DNA of 63,182 nt, counting the filler, from Chiloscyllium plagiosum (Eukaryota): the NCBI RefSeq assembly GCF_004010195.1. It is 3 parts of one record of this genome, joined end to end, with 100 filler letters (N's around TTAATTAATTAA, not from the genome) between each part and the next. Parts side by side here need not be neighbours in the genome. Positions count along the whole stretch, not along the records: positions 1 to 31,906 come from NC_057713.1; 2 more parts are not named here. One strand, 5' to 3'. This document shows positions 1 through 11,420 of the stretch, piece after piece (within the stretch, counting starts at the first letter, position 1; the number at the start of each line of letters is the position of its first letter). The notes under the pieces are model-generated. The model had not been told where the DNA came from. It searched no databases and was given only the letters and a program-made list of their open reading frames with translations. The position numbers were made by a program, and so were the translations under genes.

Positions 1-1127
1 TTGGTGTATGTGTGCAGGTGTGAGACACAGTGAAAGACACAAAGTGCACCAATCTTTATCCAATTTCCACCACCAGGAAGATAGGAAAACACCCGGGTGG
101 CCAGTGACAAACACTGCCCTTCACATCAAAGGGCAGTGCTGTGTGATCAAAACAGTGAAGGGGAGGGTAGGGACTAAATCAAAATAGAGTTGGTGGGAAT
201 GTCCTGTTTTTTTTTATTTTTATTTTTTTTTCGTTTTTTTTCTGGACGAGCTTCTCCTGTTTATTTTTCTTTTCTTTTCTTTTGTTTTTAACCCCCACAC
301 TACCACCTAAGTGCGGTAGTGCTTATTTTTTCCCCAGCACCCATGGTGTGTGTGTGCAGGTGTGAGACACAGTGAAAGACACAAAGTGCACCAATCTTTA
401 TTCAATTTCCACCACCAGGAAGATAGGAAAACACCCGGGTGGCCAGTGACAAACACTGCCCTTCACATCAAAGGGCAGTGCTGTGTGATCAAAACAGTGA
501 AGGGGAGGGTAGGGACTAAATCAAAATAGAGTTGGAGGGAATGTCCTGTTTATTTTTTCTTTTTTTTTCGTTTTTTTTAATTTAACCCCCACACTACCAC
601 CTAAGTGCGGTAGTGCTTATTTTTTTTCCCCAGCACCCATGGTGTGTGTGTGCAGGTGTGAGACACAGTGAAAGACACAAAGTGCACGAATCTTTATTCA
701 ATTTCCACCACCAGGAAGATAGGAAAACACCCGGGTGGCCAGTGACAAACACTGCCCTTCACATCAAGGGACAGTGCTGTGTGATCAAAAACAGTGAAGG
801 GGAGGGTAGGGACTAAATCAAAATAGAGTTGGAGGGAATGTCCTGTTTATTCTTTTTGAGACACAGTGGAAGACACAAAGTGCACGAATCTTTATTCAAA
901 TTCCCACTCCTGTTTATATTTTTTTTCTTTTTTTTTCTTCTTTTGTTTTTTCTTTTTTTTCCTCATTTAATTTAACCCCCACACTACCACCTAAGTGCGG
1001 TAGTGCTTATTTTACACTCCTGTTTATATATTTTCTTTTCTTCTACCTTTTTTTCTCTTTTTTTTCCCACACTACCACCTAAGTGCGGTAGTGCTTATTT
1101 TATCCCCAGCACCCATGGTGTGTGTGT
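1..1127 (-). mobile_element. Tandem stack of 5'-truncated non-LTR retrotransposon 3' ends, family A (Tx1-like), each with a poly(A) tail
   Basis: Three near-identical ~250 bp units (1-201, ~290-543, ~585-840) plus shorter pieces (850-904, 974-1013, 1066-1127). The minus strand shows an AATAAA signal, a terminal hairpin and A-rich tails. Units begin with codons IPSNSILI* (a likely ORF2 end). Units are separated by copies of tcctgttta. Confidence 0.7.
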
Positions 1128-1821
1128 GGACAATACCGTTACATACAAAAGTGCAGACAATACAGACCCAGCAAGCCCCCCGCCCCTCCCACCTCTGATT
1201 TATTTTATTTATTTTATTAAACAAGTTACAAAACAATTTACAAAAAACATTGACAGCTGTACACGAAAGACAGCAGTTTTACAAGGGAGGGGAGCAGCAA
1301 AGCTAGGCCCCGAACCCTACTGTTCAACCATTTCACAGGGAGAGGAGGACAAACCTCAAATCCCAGTTCCACATATGACAAGACAGTGACAATGACATTT
1401 ATACATTAGACAATACCGTTACATACAAAAGTGCAGACAATACAGACCCAGCAAGCCCCCGCCCCTCCCACCTTCCGACCGCTCTAAGGCAGCCCGCCCC
1501 TACCCACCTTCCGGTTCACTCCTGTTTATTTTTTTTTTTCCCTGTTTATATATTTTTTTTTTATTGAACAAGTTACAAAACAGTTTACAAAAAAACATTG
1601 ACAGCTGTACACAAAAGACAGCAATTTTACAAGGGAGAGGAGCAGCAAAGCTGGGCCCTGAACCCTACCGTTCAACCAATTTACAAGGAGAGGAGGACAA
1701 ACCTCAAATCCCAGTTCCACATATAAGACAGTGACAATGACATTTGTACATTAGACAATACCGTTACATACAAAAGTGCAGACAATACAGACCCAGCAAG
1801 CCCCCGCCCCTCCCACCTATG
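1128..1821 (-). mobile_element. Tandem stack of 3' ends of a second poly(A) retroelement, family B
   Basis: Two near-identical units (~1199-1516, ~1553-1821) and a fragment (1128-1196). The minus strand ends ...tgtaacttgttcaataaaaa. Bounded by (cac)tcctgtttat copies at 1517, 1540 and 1822. Confidence 0.65.
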
Positions 1822-1930
1822 TCCTGTTTATATCTGTTAGCCAGGGCTCCCTGATTGGCTAAGTTTAACAACCCTGATCAAGGATTTCATACTCAATGAG
1901 ATCCTCCTAGCCATGGTTCCATTCACTACG
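1822..1930 (-). mobile_element. 5' (U3) part of a Gypsy-type LTR ending at its TATA box
   Basis: Minus strand reads gtagtgaatgg...ccaatcagggagccctggctaacagatataaacagga, with a CCAAT box and TATA box. Homologous to the LTR copy at ~21480-21576. Confidence 0.65.
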
Positions 1931-2949
1931 TATATCTACCCCAATTTCACCTTATACCTCCATGCAGACTTAATGTCAATTCATTAGCACCACACATTCA
2001 CACACCTCTTAAAGACACATATGCCAATTCACTGACAATTCATTTTTATAACTCTACCTACTCCAAGGTCTCATATGACATTATGCTAGTTTAGTGTCAA
2101 TTCATGACACTCACCCACTTCCATGGCATGTTATAGCCCCTAAGCTGACAGCATCAACTCATGACCTAATTTACCCTGAGAACACTTTTATGCTGATGTG
2201 AACCTAATGCTAATTCATGACTCTCATCCATCCCTTTGGCCTCATACAGTCCCAATGACAACTCACCCATTATTCATGAAAAAGACCACACAAATAAAAT
2301 AAAGTCCTAAATATCTTTTTATTCCTAACGATATAATAAAAACACCATTGTCATGAAATGCTATTCAATATATTTAAGATCCCAAAATACTTAAACATTA
2401 TAAAAATAAATACCATGCTCATATTCTATATCAAATAAAGCTTTAATAACCTCTTTAAATTGTCATTCGGTAAATTTAGAGGCCAAGTGTACTAAAGGTA
2501 GGTTATGGAAAACAGCCAAGCATTGACAATACTATTATGACAGAACATAGCATTGCATCAATAAACAGCTATGGAACATGATAGAACAGGTTTTCCTTAA
2601 AGTGGCAAACAACTTTTTTTTTTGATTTTTAAAGAGCTGGCTATTTAAATGACTTTAGAATATGGTAGTTCCACAGATCTTTAACAGCCATTAAAGCTTA
2701 TTGCATCTACTTTAAAATGTATTAACTCACGCACACACATTGCAGGATGAAGTCCTTGTCACAGTGAAAATGGAGTCGATTTGAACTCAATTCTAATTTC
2801 AAATGGTTCAGCTAAGATTGCATTTAACATGTGGAAATTACATTCTTCTACTGTTCCCTCACCTCACCTCCAAACAAAATTATTTTTGGTAAATCTCCTC
2901 AGCGCCTTTTCAATGACCTCAGTCTCCCATCTTAATGCGTGCTGATGGG

Positions 2950-3270
2950 AAATGAATGCAATACATAATACTTCTATTTATGCAGCCCAAACTCCAAAAA
3001 GCCTTCCTAATAACTTCTTCAATATATCCCATCACTATCATATATCTATGAACCTCCAGGACTTTCTGTCCTGCACACCCTTTGGAACTGTTCCATTATA
3101 TCTGTATTACTTGTCTGCGTTCCACCTTCCAAAATTCATCATCTCACTCTTCTCCGTAATAAGTTCCATCCGACTTTTGTCTGTTCATCCTGTTAGGCTG
3201 TTTCAATACTATTACATCCCCACTGTTTGTGAAACCTTCAAGTTTTCTACTATTGCCAACTGTTGAAAGT
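2950..3270 (-). mobile_element. Degraded CR1 LINE RT fragment
   Basis: Resembles the other CR1 RT copies in the window (ccttccaaaattcatcatctcactcttctcc). Confidence 0.45.
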
Positions 3271-3289
3271 TATTCTGTATTCCATTTAT

Positions 3290-4780
3290 TGTCATTGGCG
3301 ATCCCCCAATTCGGGCATAAGTTTTATTCAGGTTTGAATTTCTGCCCATAAGATTTCATGTGTATGAATTCTGAAATCTACAGATCTTTGGACACATGCA
3401 GCAGGATGTCCCATGAGGCAAGTAGAATTTGTTTCCTTTTCTTCCCTTCTCTTCTGCTGCTCTGACTCTTCATGAAACACTGTGACTCAATGTGTGATGT
3501 AGCCAAATGGGCAGGTTGTTACCGTTTGGAATAATTAGTAGCAATCTCCTCCCTGTCATTAATGTCAGCACAGCCACAGAGCTTCAGAGTGTCTTTGCAG
3601 CATTTTCTTCCTCCCCTCAGCTCCTTCCCAGAAGGTTAGCCACGTGACAAAGCAGGATCTTTAGGGGGAGCTGCTTTCAGTCTTCCAGACAAGAAGTGAT
3701 TCAGGGGTTTGCTGTAGGCCTGTTGAGCTGGCTTTCAGTTAGTCTTCTCATCATTTTCCATGGGTGTATTGAGCAACAGAAACTTTGCAAAGGCTTCTTT
3801 GGAACGTCTAAAGCCATATTTTGTCACTTGTGGATTTTCTAAATGACAGGAGGTAGCAGTGCAGGAGAATCCATGTCAGGATTTGCTCAGCTATGGGTAA
3901 AATGGAAATACCTTAATGGTTTCCATAGTGTGATTTATCTGCTTTCTTGAAGAAAGGTATTGAGTCACAGAATCACAGAACTCTTAATGCACAAAAGAAG
4001 ACCATTTAGTCTATTGTGGCCTTCCAAATGAGTATCATGATTTAGTGTCATTCTCATGCCCATTCTATGAACCCTTCACTTTATTTAAATAATCACTCAA
4101 TGTAATCTTGAATGCCTTGATTGACCATGTCTCCAATACCACAGTGGTAGTTATATTTTGTAAGCACTTGAATCTTTTGCACCCTGATTTGCCCAATGGT
4201 GCACTCTCCTAGATATCAGAGCCATAGCCAAACCTGGCATTAAAGTCCTCAAAAGAATGATCTCTTCTTTCAGGATGTCAGAGAGACCTTTAGCAATTTT
4301 AATATAGAACATTTCCTTAACATCTTTATCCGTGATAGTGACTGGGCATTAGTGCTGTTGATGGTGGCATGTTTGATATGGCTGAGTAGTTGGTGATAAC
4401 TCAGGAGTCTCTTATTTTTACTGCGGAGGAGCTACCAGTGCACTTAAGGTTCTATTCCATGATATGAGGGTTGTTTTCAGCCTTTCTTTTTCAATGGGAC
4501 ATCATTTTTTAGGGCAGTCTTTCTGGACTCCTGTCCATCTGGGATGACAGAGGGTATTCTGCTGAGAATGTTTAATCACAGATCCTCATTTCCACCACAG
4601 ATATCCAAAAAAACCTTCCTGAATCTGTCAACTCTGCGCAGATTCTGGATAAGGAACTGTCAAATTTACAGTCACTCTCCATCGCCACAGGGCTTGCCAA
4701 ATGGACCTTGGTAGAAGCCTGCACAATATTTTGCTTAAAATGAGGTCCTTTGAGTACAATCATTGTCCACACAATTTTGA
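3290..4780 (-). mobile_element. Highly degraded RTE-clade LINE remnants (3' end ~3290-3700; endonuclease ~4200-4780)
   Basis: Decayed apurinic-endonuclease-like and RTE 3'-end-like sequence, similar to the RTE at 44720-46140. Confidence 0.4.
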
Positions 4781-5039
4781 TAGATCAGGTTTTCATGTTA
4801 AGTCACATTAACTAGGGCCGCCATTGAACAACACTGCAACCTCAGCTTGCTTCTGCAAGTATAAGTAATGCCAGCTGAGATTAGTGCTTAGAATTCCACA
4901 TAATTTCTCTCCTGTGTACTCACTTATCATTATTCAGGAGATCATCTGATTCATAGAATCATAGAATCCCTACAGTGTGGAAGCAGGCCATTTGACCCAT
5001 CGAAGAGGATCCCACATATCTTGGTAACAGGGATCTTGT

Positions 5040-7020
5040 TGGGAGCACTTGCTACATGCTAACTCCCTCACCTGAGAAAAGTGATTGAATAGGATGGACC
5101 TATCATCATTCTACTCTTTGGGCACCTAGCCGACTTAACAGAGGTGTTTGGTTGGTCGCACTATTACTTCTAACTCAAAAGCCTGTGGATGAAAAGCTAC
5201 TTCATTAAAACTGGGCAGTGAAGAAAGAAAGCAACTAAAAAAGTTGACAGTAAAGCCTATTGAAACTTAGAAAACAAACCTATACTCAAAACATGACTGC
5301 AACTAACATGGAAATGAAGTGAATCAACATTTTACAACAAGTGCAAAACTATAGAAAAATCTGACACAAACAAGGAAGAAAAAATACAAAATATGTAAGA
5401 GCATTTCTGGAATTCTTCCCTCACCTTCAATGAAATCTGTCAAATTGGAGAATGGGCCTCAGTCTATGTGAAGGTCTCTCATCGCTATTGCTTCAAAGCA
5501 TGAACTGCTTTATGTACCAATAAACATTCTTCAACCACATAGTCTCTAGCGACCAATTCATACTCTAGCATCCTGCAAATTTCAAAATTAGTTTACTTCT
5601 TTAAAAAAAATGACTTTTTCTGGCCAAAAGATATTTTATTTTGATCATCCTTCCCCTTTAAGAAAAAGCTCCACTGTTTGAACCATTCCATTATAAGATA
5701 TCAGCAAAGATTTTCTCCATTTGAACTGTTCGAAGAGAGCCCTCCAGCGTGTGCCTCTGGTACAGAATTGCAGCAGTGTATGGCATGCTCAATAATATTG
5801 ACATTCAGAAAGGTGTAAATGAATGGACAGCTTATAGAGCTCAGAAACAAAATTAAATCTTCGTTGCGCAATATTTTACTTCGAAATGACAACACCATAT
5901 AGAGTTTCATGCTTTGTAAAAAGCATATGAATGAAAATAATGATATAAAGTTTATTAATCTTATTTATAGAGAACTGCAGTATATTGAAATCTTTCGCAT
6001 TTTGGTGTACCCTGTGTTCAGGTTACCAGTCTGTTTAGCATAATTAAGTTCTCAGTTATTACCAAGATTACCTTACAAATCTTGATCAGAGCTACCTAGA
6101 AGGGCAAGTGCTGGAAGAACGCAGGAAAATCTGTACTTCATTCCAAAACTGGAATAATGTTGAAAACACGCCTTGTGCAAGAATAATGTACGAAGTAATG
6201 AAGCATTCCAAGATTCCTTTCCAGTAACATATCAATGTGATGTGGATATTTATTGAAGGTTGTTGTTGTCTCAAAATCTTGAAAGGCTGTATCCAGCAAT
6301 ATTATGGAAACATGCTCAGCACAGACTGTCACAGCCCAAGAGTTTCTACCACCAACTTTTCAAATTCATCTCAGGTTGAGCAATGGGGAAGCACGGTGGT
6401 TCAGTGGTTAGCACTGCTGCCTCACAGCACCAGGGGCCTGGATTCAATTTCAGCCTCAGGCAACTGTTTGTGTCGAGTTTGGTACAACTGTGTGGGTTTG
6501 TTCCAGGTGCTCCAGTTTCGTCCCACTGCCCAAAGATATTCAGGTTAGGTGAGTTGGCCATGCTAAATTGCCCATAGTGTTTAGGAATGTGCATTAGTCA
6601 GGGGTAAACATACAGTAATAGTGGAATGTGTTTGGATGGGATACTCTTCGGAGGGTCAGTGTGGACTTGCTGGGCCAAAGGGCCTGTTTCCATGTTGTAG
6701 GGATTCTAATTCTAAATTTTACATTTGCCAGCAATGCCCTTATGCCACCATCTTTGCTTCAAACATCTAGTTCAACTCCCTCAGACAAACCCAAGAGTAG
6801 TCTGATTTAACTTGGTTTCCAAAGTAACCTACCTCCAAAACTTCATTCAAATTATGATAAAAATTAAGAAACACTTTGTAGTGGAATTAAGACTATTGGA
6901 CTTGATGATATCAATTAAATACTGAAATTCTAACAAGCTAAAGGATGTAAATAAATTGCTTTCTTGTGATTTTTGTTGTTTTCTTTCCTCTCTCTAGATC
7001 TTTTACCACAATTTACTGCC
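5040..7020 (+). pseudogene. Candidate endogenous viral element: decayed N-terminal part of a rhabdovirus-like (Mononegavirales) L polymerase gene, split by an HE1 SINE
   Basis: Collinear motifs across stops and frameshifts: ISKLVYFFKKNDFFWPKDIL (5579-5638), IAAVYGMLNNIDIQKG (5767-5814), FR/HFG/YP (5993-6013), LDQSY (6081-6095), MYEVMKHSKIP (6186-6218), YPAILWKHAQH (6290-6322), GLDDIN*ILKF*QAKGCK* (6898-6954), DLLPQF (6997-7014). These match recalled vesiculovirus L motifs in order and approximate spacing. Confidence 0.65.
6386..6712 (+). mobile_element. HE1-type V-SINE (tRNA-derived)
   Basis: tRNA-like head gcacggtggttcagtggttagcactgctgcctcacagc, V-domain, and CR1-like tail ending gggattcta. 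Confidence 0.9.
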
Positions 7021-7559
7021 AGGCTCCGAGTCTTCAAGCGTCCCAACTATTGTGCCTGCAAAACCATACCACAGCACAAAAAGGCACAAAAGGATCCAAC
7101 TGAAGCAACTGAGTTTGTGGACCAGAGAAGCAAGATGAAAAAATTACAACACATCTCTCTTCTTTACAGTAGCTAAAAGAAATCTTTTGTGGAAGAGTCA
7201 GTTCTGTAAAGACAGGGCTCCTAGTATTGGGATATGGTAATTGTACATAGCAAAACTCTTTATAAGGCCCTGCCTTACAATTAAATTAAATTCCTAAAGT
7301 CAGGAAGGTACAAAGTATGCTAAATCTATCTTGCTCCAGCTGATGGAATGGCCCAGAAATTCCAAAGAGGCCTGCCTGAGAGGAATAAAACCTTTTAATC
7401 TTTAAATTTATATGAGGATGTCAATTCTGTACTGATGTTATTTAATTTTGTAATTATATTTTAAGTTAAGCTACTTGTTTATCATTATGTTGGCAATTGT
7501 AAGGTATGTGTAGCAACATGAATATCTTATCATGGTTTGAATTCTGTTTTTCTTAACTT

Positions 7560-8385
7560 GAAAGAAAAGCAGAATACTCTGAATGCTGAAACAAAAACAC
7601 AAAATGCGAGAGAAATTCAGCAGATCTGGCAGCCTCTGTGGAAGGAGAAACAGTGATAATGTTTAAAGTCTAATATGATCTTTCTTTCGAACTGAAAGGG
7701 ACTGGAAAATGTTTTAAATGCTGTTAATAGGGGGAGCAGGAGTGAGTGGAACAGATTGTGAGGTTGCTTAAAGCAAAAGACAAAGGAAGTGCCAATGGTG
7801 GTCAAGAAGAGATAGAGATGTCATGTGGGTGTAAATGAAGGTATGCACAGGAGAGACTGGGTTTGTTCTGCTAAAAGCAGAGTCCACAAGAAACAAAAGA
7901 GATGCAACTAGGAACTTTACAACCTCAAGAACTCACTATTGAGTTAAAACCCCTTTGCAATTTATTGTCTTGAGAAAACTAGGACTCAATACTGAGTAGT
8001 ACAACCTTAGTACATGACCTCTGTTCTTCATGTTTCTTATATCACCACCTCACTCACACTGGTCATGACTTGTTCACTTTTCTCTGAGTGGAGTGGATGG
8101 TTTTTCTCCTTTTTATACATTCATTTATATCCATTTTACCTTTACCATCATTAACACTCTCCTCATTCTTTTTTTATGAGGGGGCTCTGCGCACCCTCAC
8201 AATGTGTTTCACTCGCTCAGCCTCCTCGTCTGACAACAACATTTAAAACAACTCAATCCGGCTCCTTTCAGTTCTGAGGAATGGTCATATTAGACTCAAA
8301 AGGTTAACTCTGTTTCTCTCTTCACAGATGCTGGCAGACCTGTCATATTTCTCCAGCCACTTTTTGATCTTATTTCCTTTCTCTA
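7560..8385. mobile_element. Old Penelope-derived element with inverted pseudo-LTRs
   Basis: 7560-7700 and 8270-8385 are diverged inverted copies (cagcagatctggcagc / gatgctggcagacctg). A decayed hammerhead-like core lies at ~8272-8310. Confidence 0.5.
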
Positions 8386-9084
8386 TTTGCTTTCCTTAAA
8401 CTTGTGCATTTAAGTCAGATGATCATTGTTTTAAGGTTATAGTCCACAGGAGCTGCCACTTACAGATTCTGTATAGAATTTTGGTAAGGAAGCCTCAGGC
8501 CCCTGATCACAACCATATTTCCTTGCCATTTTCAGCTGCTGGACATCTCTGAATCTCAGCTGTTGTTCAGCATAGATGCAGGTGACTGAAAGAACTATCC
8601 AATGGTTCTACTCCCCTGATTTTTCTCAACACTCTTTTTGATCTTTCCTTTTCGAAGTTATTATGGCTTCTGCTTCAACGATATCTCCAGAAGGGCTTTC
8701 CATATCATAACAATCTTCTCCTTCTGAAAAAAACAAGCTCTATTAACCTCTTCCTTCTACTTTTCCCAATAATTTTAAATTTATGCATCTTTACAAGCTA
8801 TAATATCTTAGCAAATAATTTTGAAGAAGTGTTTTGGCTCCTTGGTCCAAATTTAAGACTCATCTTTGTCCTCAAAACCATCCTTGACTTTGTCCTTCAA
8901 GTTTCTATAACTCACAACAAATTTACGCCAACCTGTGAACTCTGCCTTCCTTCAATTGTGACTCTTTGTGCATCCCATCATCTTCATAGGATGAGTGTTT
9001 GTGCCTTCACTTGTCTGAGCTTTAACCAAAGAATTTTCTTCCTGAGAATTTACTACTTTCCATCCTACCTTTTCTTTTTTATTA

Positions 9085-9283
9085 AGAGTGTGGCGCTGGA
9101 AAAGCACAGCATGTCAGGCAGCATCTGAGGAGCAGGCAAATCAATGTTTTGGACATTCCTGATGAAGGGCTTAAGCCCGAAACGTCGATTCTTCTGCTCC
9201 ACGGATGCTGCCTGACTTGCTGTGGTTTTCCAGCACCACACTCACGACTCTGATCTTCAGCATCTGCAGTCCTCACTATCTCC
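9085..9283 (+). mobile_element. Palindromic Penelope pLTR-derived short element
   Basis: Inverted arms gagtgtggcgctggaaaagcacagc / gctgtggttttccagcaccacactc. Same family as 10460, 16746, 25222 and 32007. Confidence 0.75.
9155..9190 (+). ncRNA. Minimal type I hammerhead ribozyme motif
   Basis: attc-CTGATGA-a-gggc ttaa gccc-GAAAC-GTC-gatt: intact core, stem II, palindromic stem III (ACGT) and predicted GUC cleavage after 9186. Confidence 0.75.
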
Positions 9284-10458
9284 TTTTTCTCTTTAATGTC
9301 TTGGTGCCAATTTTTTTTCTGACTATGCTTTGATGAAGTGCCATAGGGCATGTTATTACATTAATAGTTTTGTATAAATAGCAACTTATAGTTTTAATAT
9401 AAACACGCATGTTTTCTGCTCTTCATTTAACCAAATATTTTGCACGTTCTCAGTGGAATGTAGGAAAAACATAATCCTTCAAGCTTGTTTTGTCATGCAA
9501 TTAGAACATCACTATTCTATGTTTCAATTCCAGTTACCTGGCTTTATTATTTGCCTAACAAACGTTCAATTCTGACATTTTCAATTGATCTAATCTCAAC
9601 TATGAATTGGTCATAGGGTGTGGTAGGATGGTGGGAGGACTACAATTTATTTATAATTACAAGTTCCAGATTTTCCTATCCTTTGTCTGACATCACCACT
9701 GAATTGTCTAGCTATATTTTTAAGGTTAGTCCATAATGTTGTAGACTATTCCAGAGGAAATTGTTTATCTCCAATTCTTTAGTCATTTTTACAAAGTATT
9801 TATGGAATATATATCTCAGTTACTGTACATCAACTCAAAATGTCCACAGTGTTACCAATGTTCCATTGGAGTCAATCCCAGCTGGATCAACTCTTAATCT
9901 TCTATATTCAAGGGAATGCAAGAATAATTCATTAAAAACTGTCTTTGTGATTTAAATGTGTCAGTGTCAGTAATTAATCCGTGTCACTTTCCTCCACACT
10001 CAATATATCCTTTCCAAGACACAGTGTGCAGAATTGAGCACAATACTACAGATCTTACTCCAAGTGTTTACAATTGTGGCATGATGTTTACCCTTTTGTA
10101 TTTCCTTAGAAATAGATTTCATTAATTTATTAAAGTGTCGTACGAGTCAAGTAACTTTTCATGATTTCTATTTATAAATCTCTAATTTCTTTTCTCCTCC
10201 CCAGCCCCTACTGCCTTACTACTGAGAAAATACTTTCCTTTCTTCAAGTTTTAAAGTGCCACATTCTTCATATGGCTATCTATTTTGTCTATTCGCCTAA
10301 TCTGTCAATGTTCTTTTGTAGTTTTCTAATCCCAGCTACTTTATATGGCTAAAAATGCATATGGATGTGTGGTTCTCTATTCCTTCATTTAACTCATTGA
10401 TAAACATTGTCATGAAAAACTGAGACCATTAGCTGCTCTCTGCCAGCAGGGGTTCTCT

Positions 10459-10684
10459 TTTTGGAGAAAGTAAGGACTGCAGATGCTGGCAATCAGAGTT
10501 GACAGTGTGGTGCTTGAATAGCTCAGCAGGTCAGTCAGCTTCCAAAGAGCAGGGGAATTGACATTTTGGGCAAAAGCCCTCCATCAGGAATGAGGCCTCA
10601 AGGTTTTTGCCTGAAACATTGATTCTTCTGCTCCTCAGATGCTGCCTGACCTGCTGTGCTTTTCCAGCACCACGCTCTCGACAC
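10459..10684 (-). mobile_element. Palindromic Penelope pLTR-derived short element with TSD
   Basis: Inverted arms with mutated hammerhead cores. TSD ggggttctct at 10449-10458 and 10685-10694. Confidence 0.75.
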
Positions 10685-10929
10685 GGGGTTCTCTCTGTAC
10701 CTCTTCTTCATATCTCTACTCTGTAACTATTTTTTAATTAATTCCTTGCCCATGTCAGTATACTGCCTCCAACTCCATACACTTTCAAAGGGTTAAGAGC
10801 CTTTTATACCGAATCTTCGCAAATGCCTTCTCTAAGCCCAAGGAAATAGCATCCACAAAATTCATTGAACTACCATGCTAGTAACATTCTTGAGAATGGC
10901 AGTCAGAGTGTTAGATGTGACCTAGGTAC

Positions 10930-11173
10930 TGACTCCCAGATAATGACAAGCCTCTGAAATATGCATCAGAGAAACATGGGGCCATCTGTCAGGGACCAGA
11001 TGCTGGATAATGAATGCAAAGTTCATAGAAATATTTCAATGCTTCCAGAGGGGTTCCACACACTGGCACAGATAATGGAAGAGACCATCCAGACGGTAAG
11101 TGCTAAATTGATCCACTCTTCAGTAAATGTAGCTTCATCCATTGACAGACTGGTAATTATCATGGAGAGGTAA
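10930..11173 (+). mobile_element. Possible Harbinger Myb/SANT-ORF fragment (probably continues ~13216-13560 after a CR1 insertion)
   Basis: Peptide LPEGFHTLAQIMEETIQTVSAKL...VASSIDRLVIIME resembles coiled-coil C-termini of Harbinger-associated proteins (recalled). Confidence 0.35.
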
Positions 11174-11179
11174 TCCAAA

Positions 11180-11420
11180 CAGTTCATTCTGAACGCAGTA
11201 CGAAGAGATCAGGCAGCAAGATTAAAAAGAATGCAGTGAGCAGAAACTGACTTCATTCTGAAGACAGTGCTGAAAAAGGAAGCAACAGATTTAAGAAGAA
11301 CAGAGAGCGTGGCAGTGATTTCATTCTGAACATAGTGCTGATAGAGGTGGCACCAGATTTAAAGCGAGTATGGAGAGCGGGGAGTGACTTCATTCTGAAC
11401 GTAGCACCGAGAGAGACTGA
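11180..11420 (+). repeat. ~68-69 bp tandem monomers at the 5' end of a CR1 LINE
   Basis: ttcattctgaa recurs at 11183, 11252, 11320 and 11389 with similar intervening sequence. Confidence 0.7.

Noticed and set aside
1..1821. CRISPR-like or satellite array
   Set aside because: Units have poly(A) tails, variable truncation and target-like junctions. There is no repeat-spacer pattern or cas gene, and the context is eukaryotic.
6961..7240. Host exon suggested by a strong polypyrimidine/AG acceptor at 6997 and a donor near 7237
   Set aside because: The frames checked after the acceptor stop before the donor and give no recognisable protein. The pyrimidine tract lies in frame with the L-like fossil.
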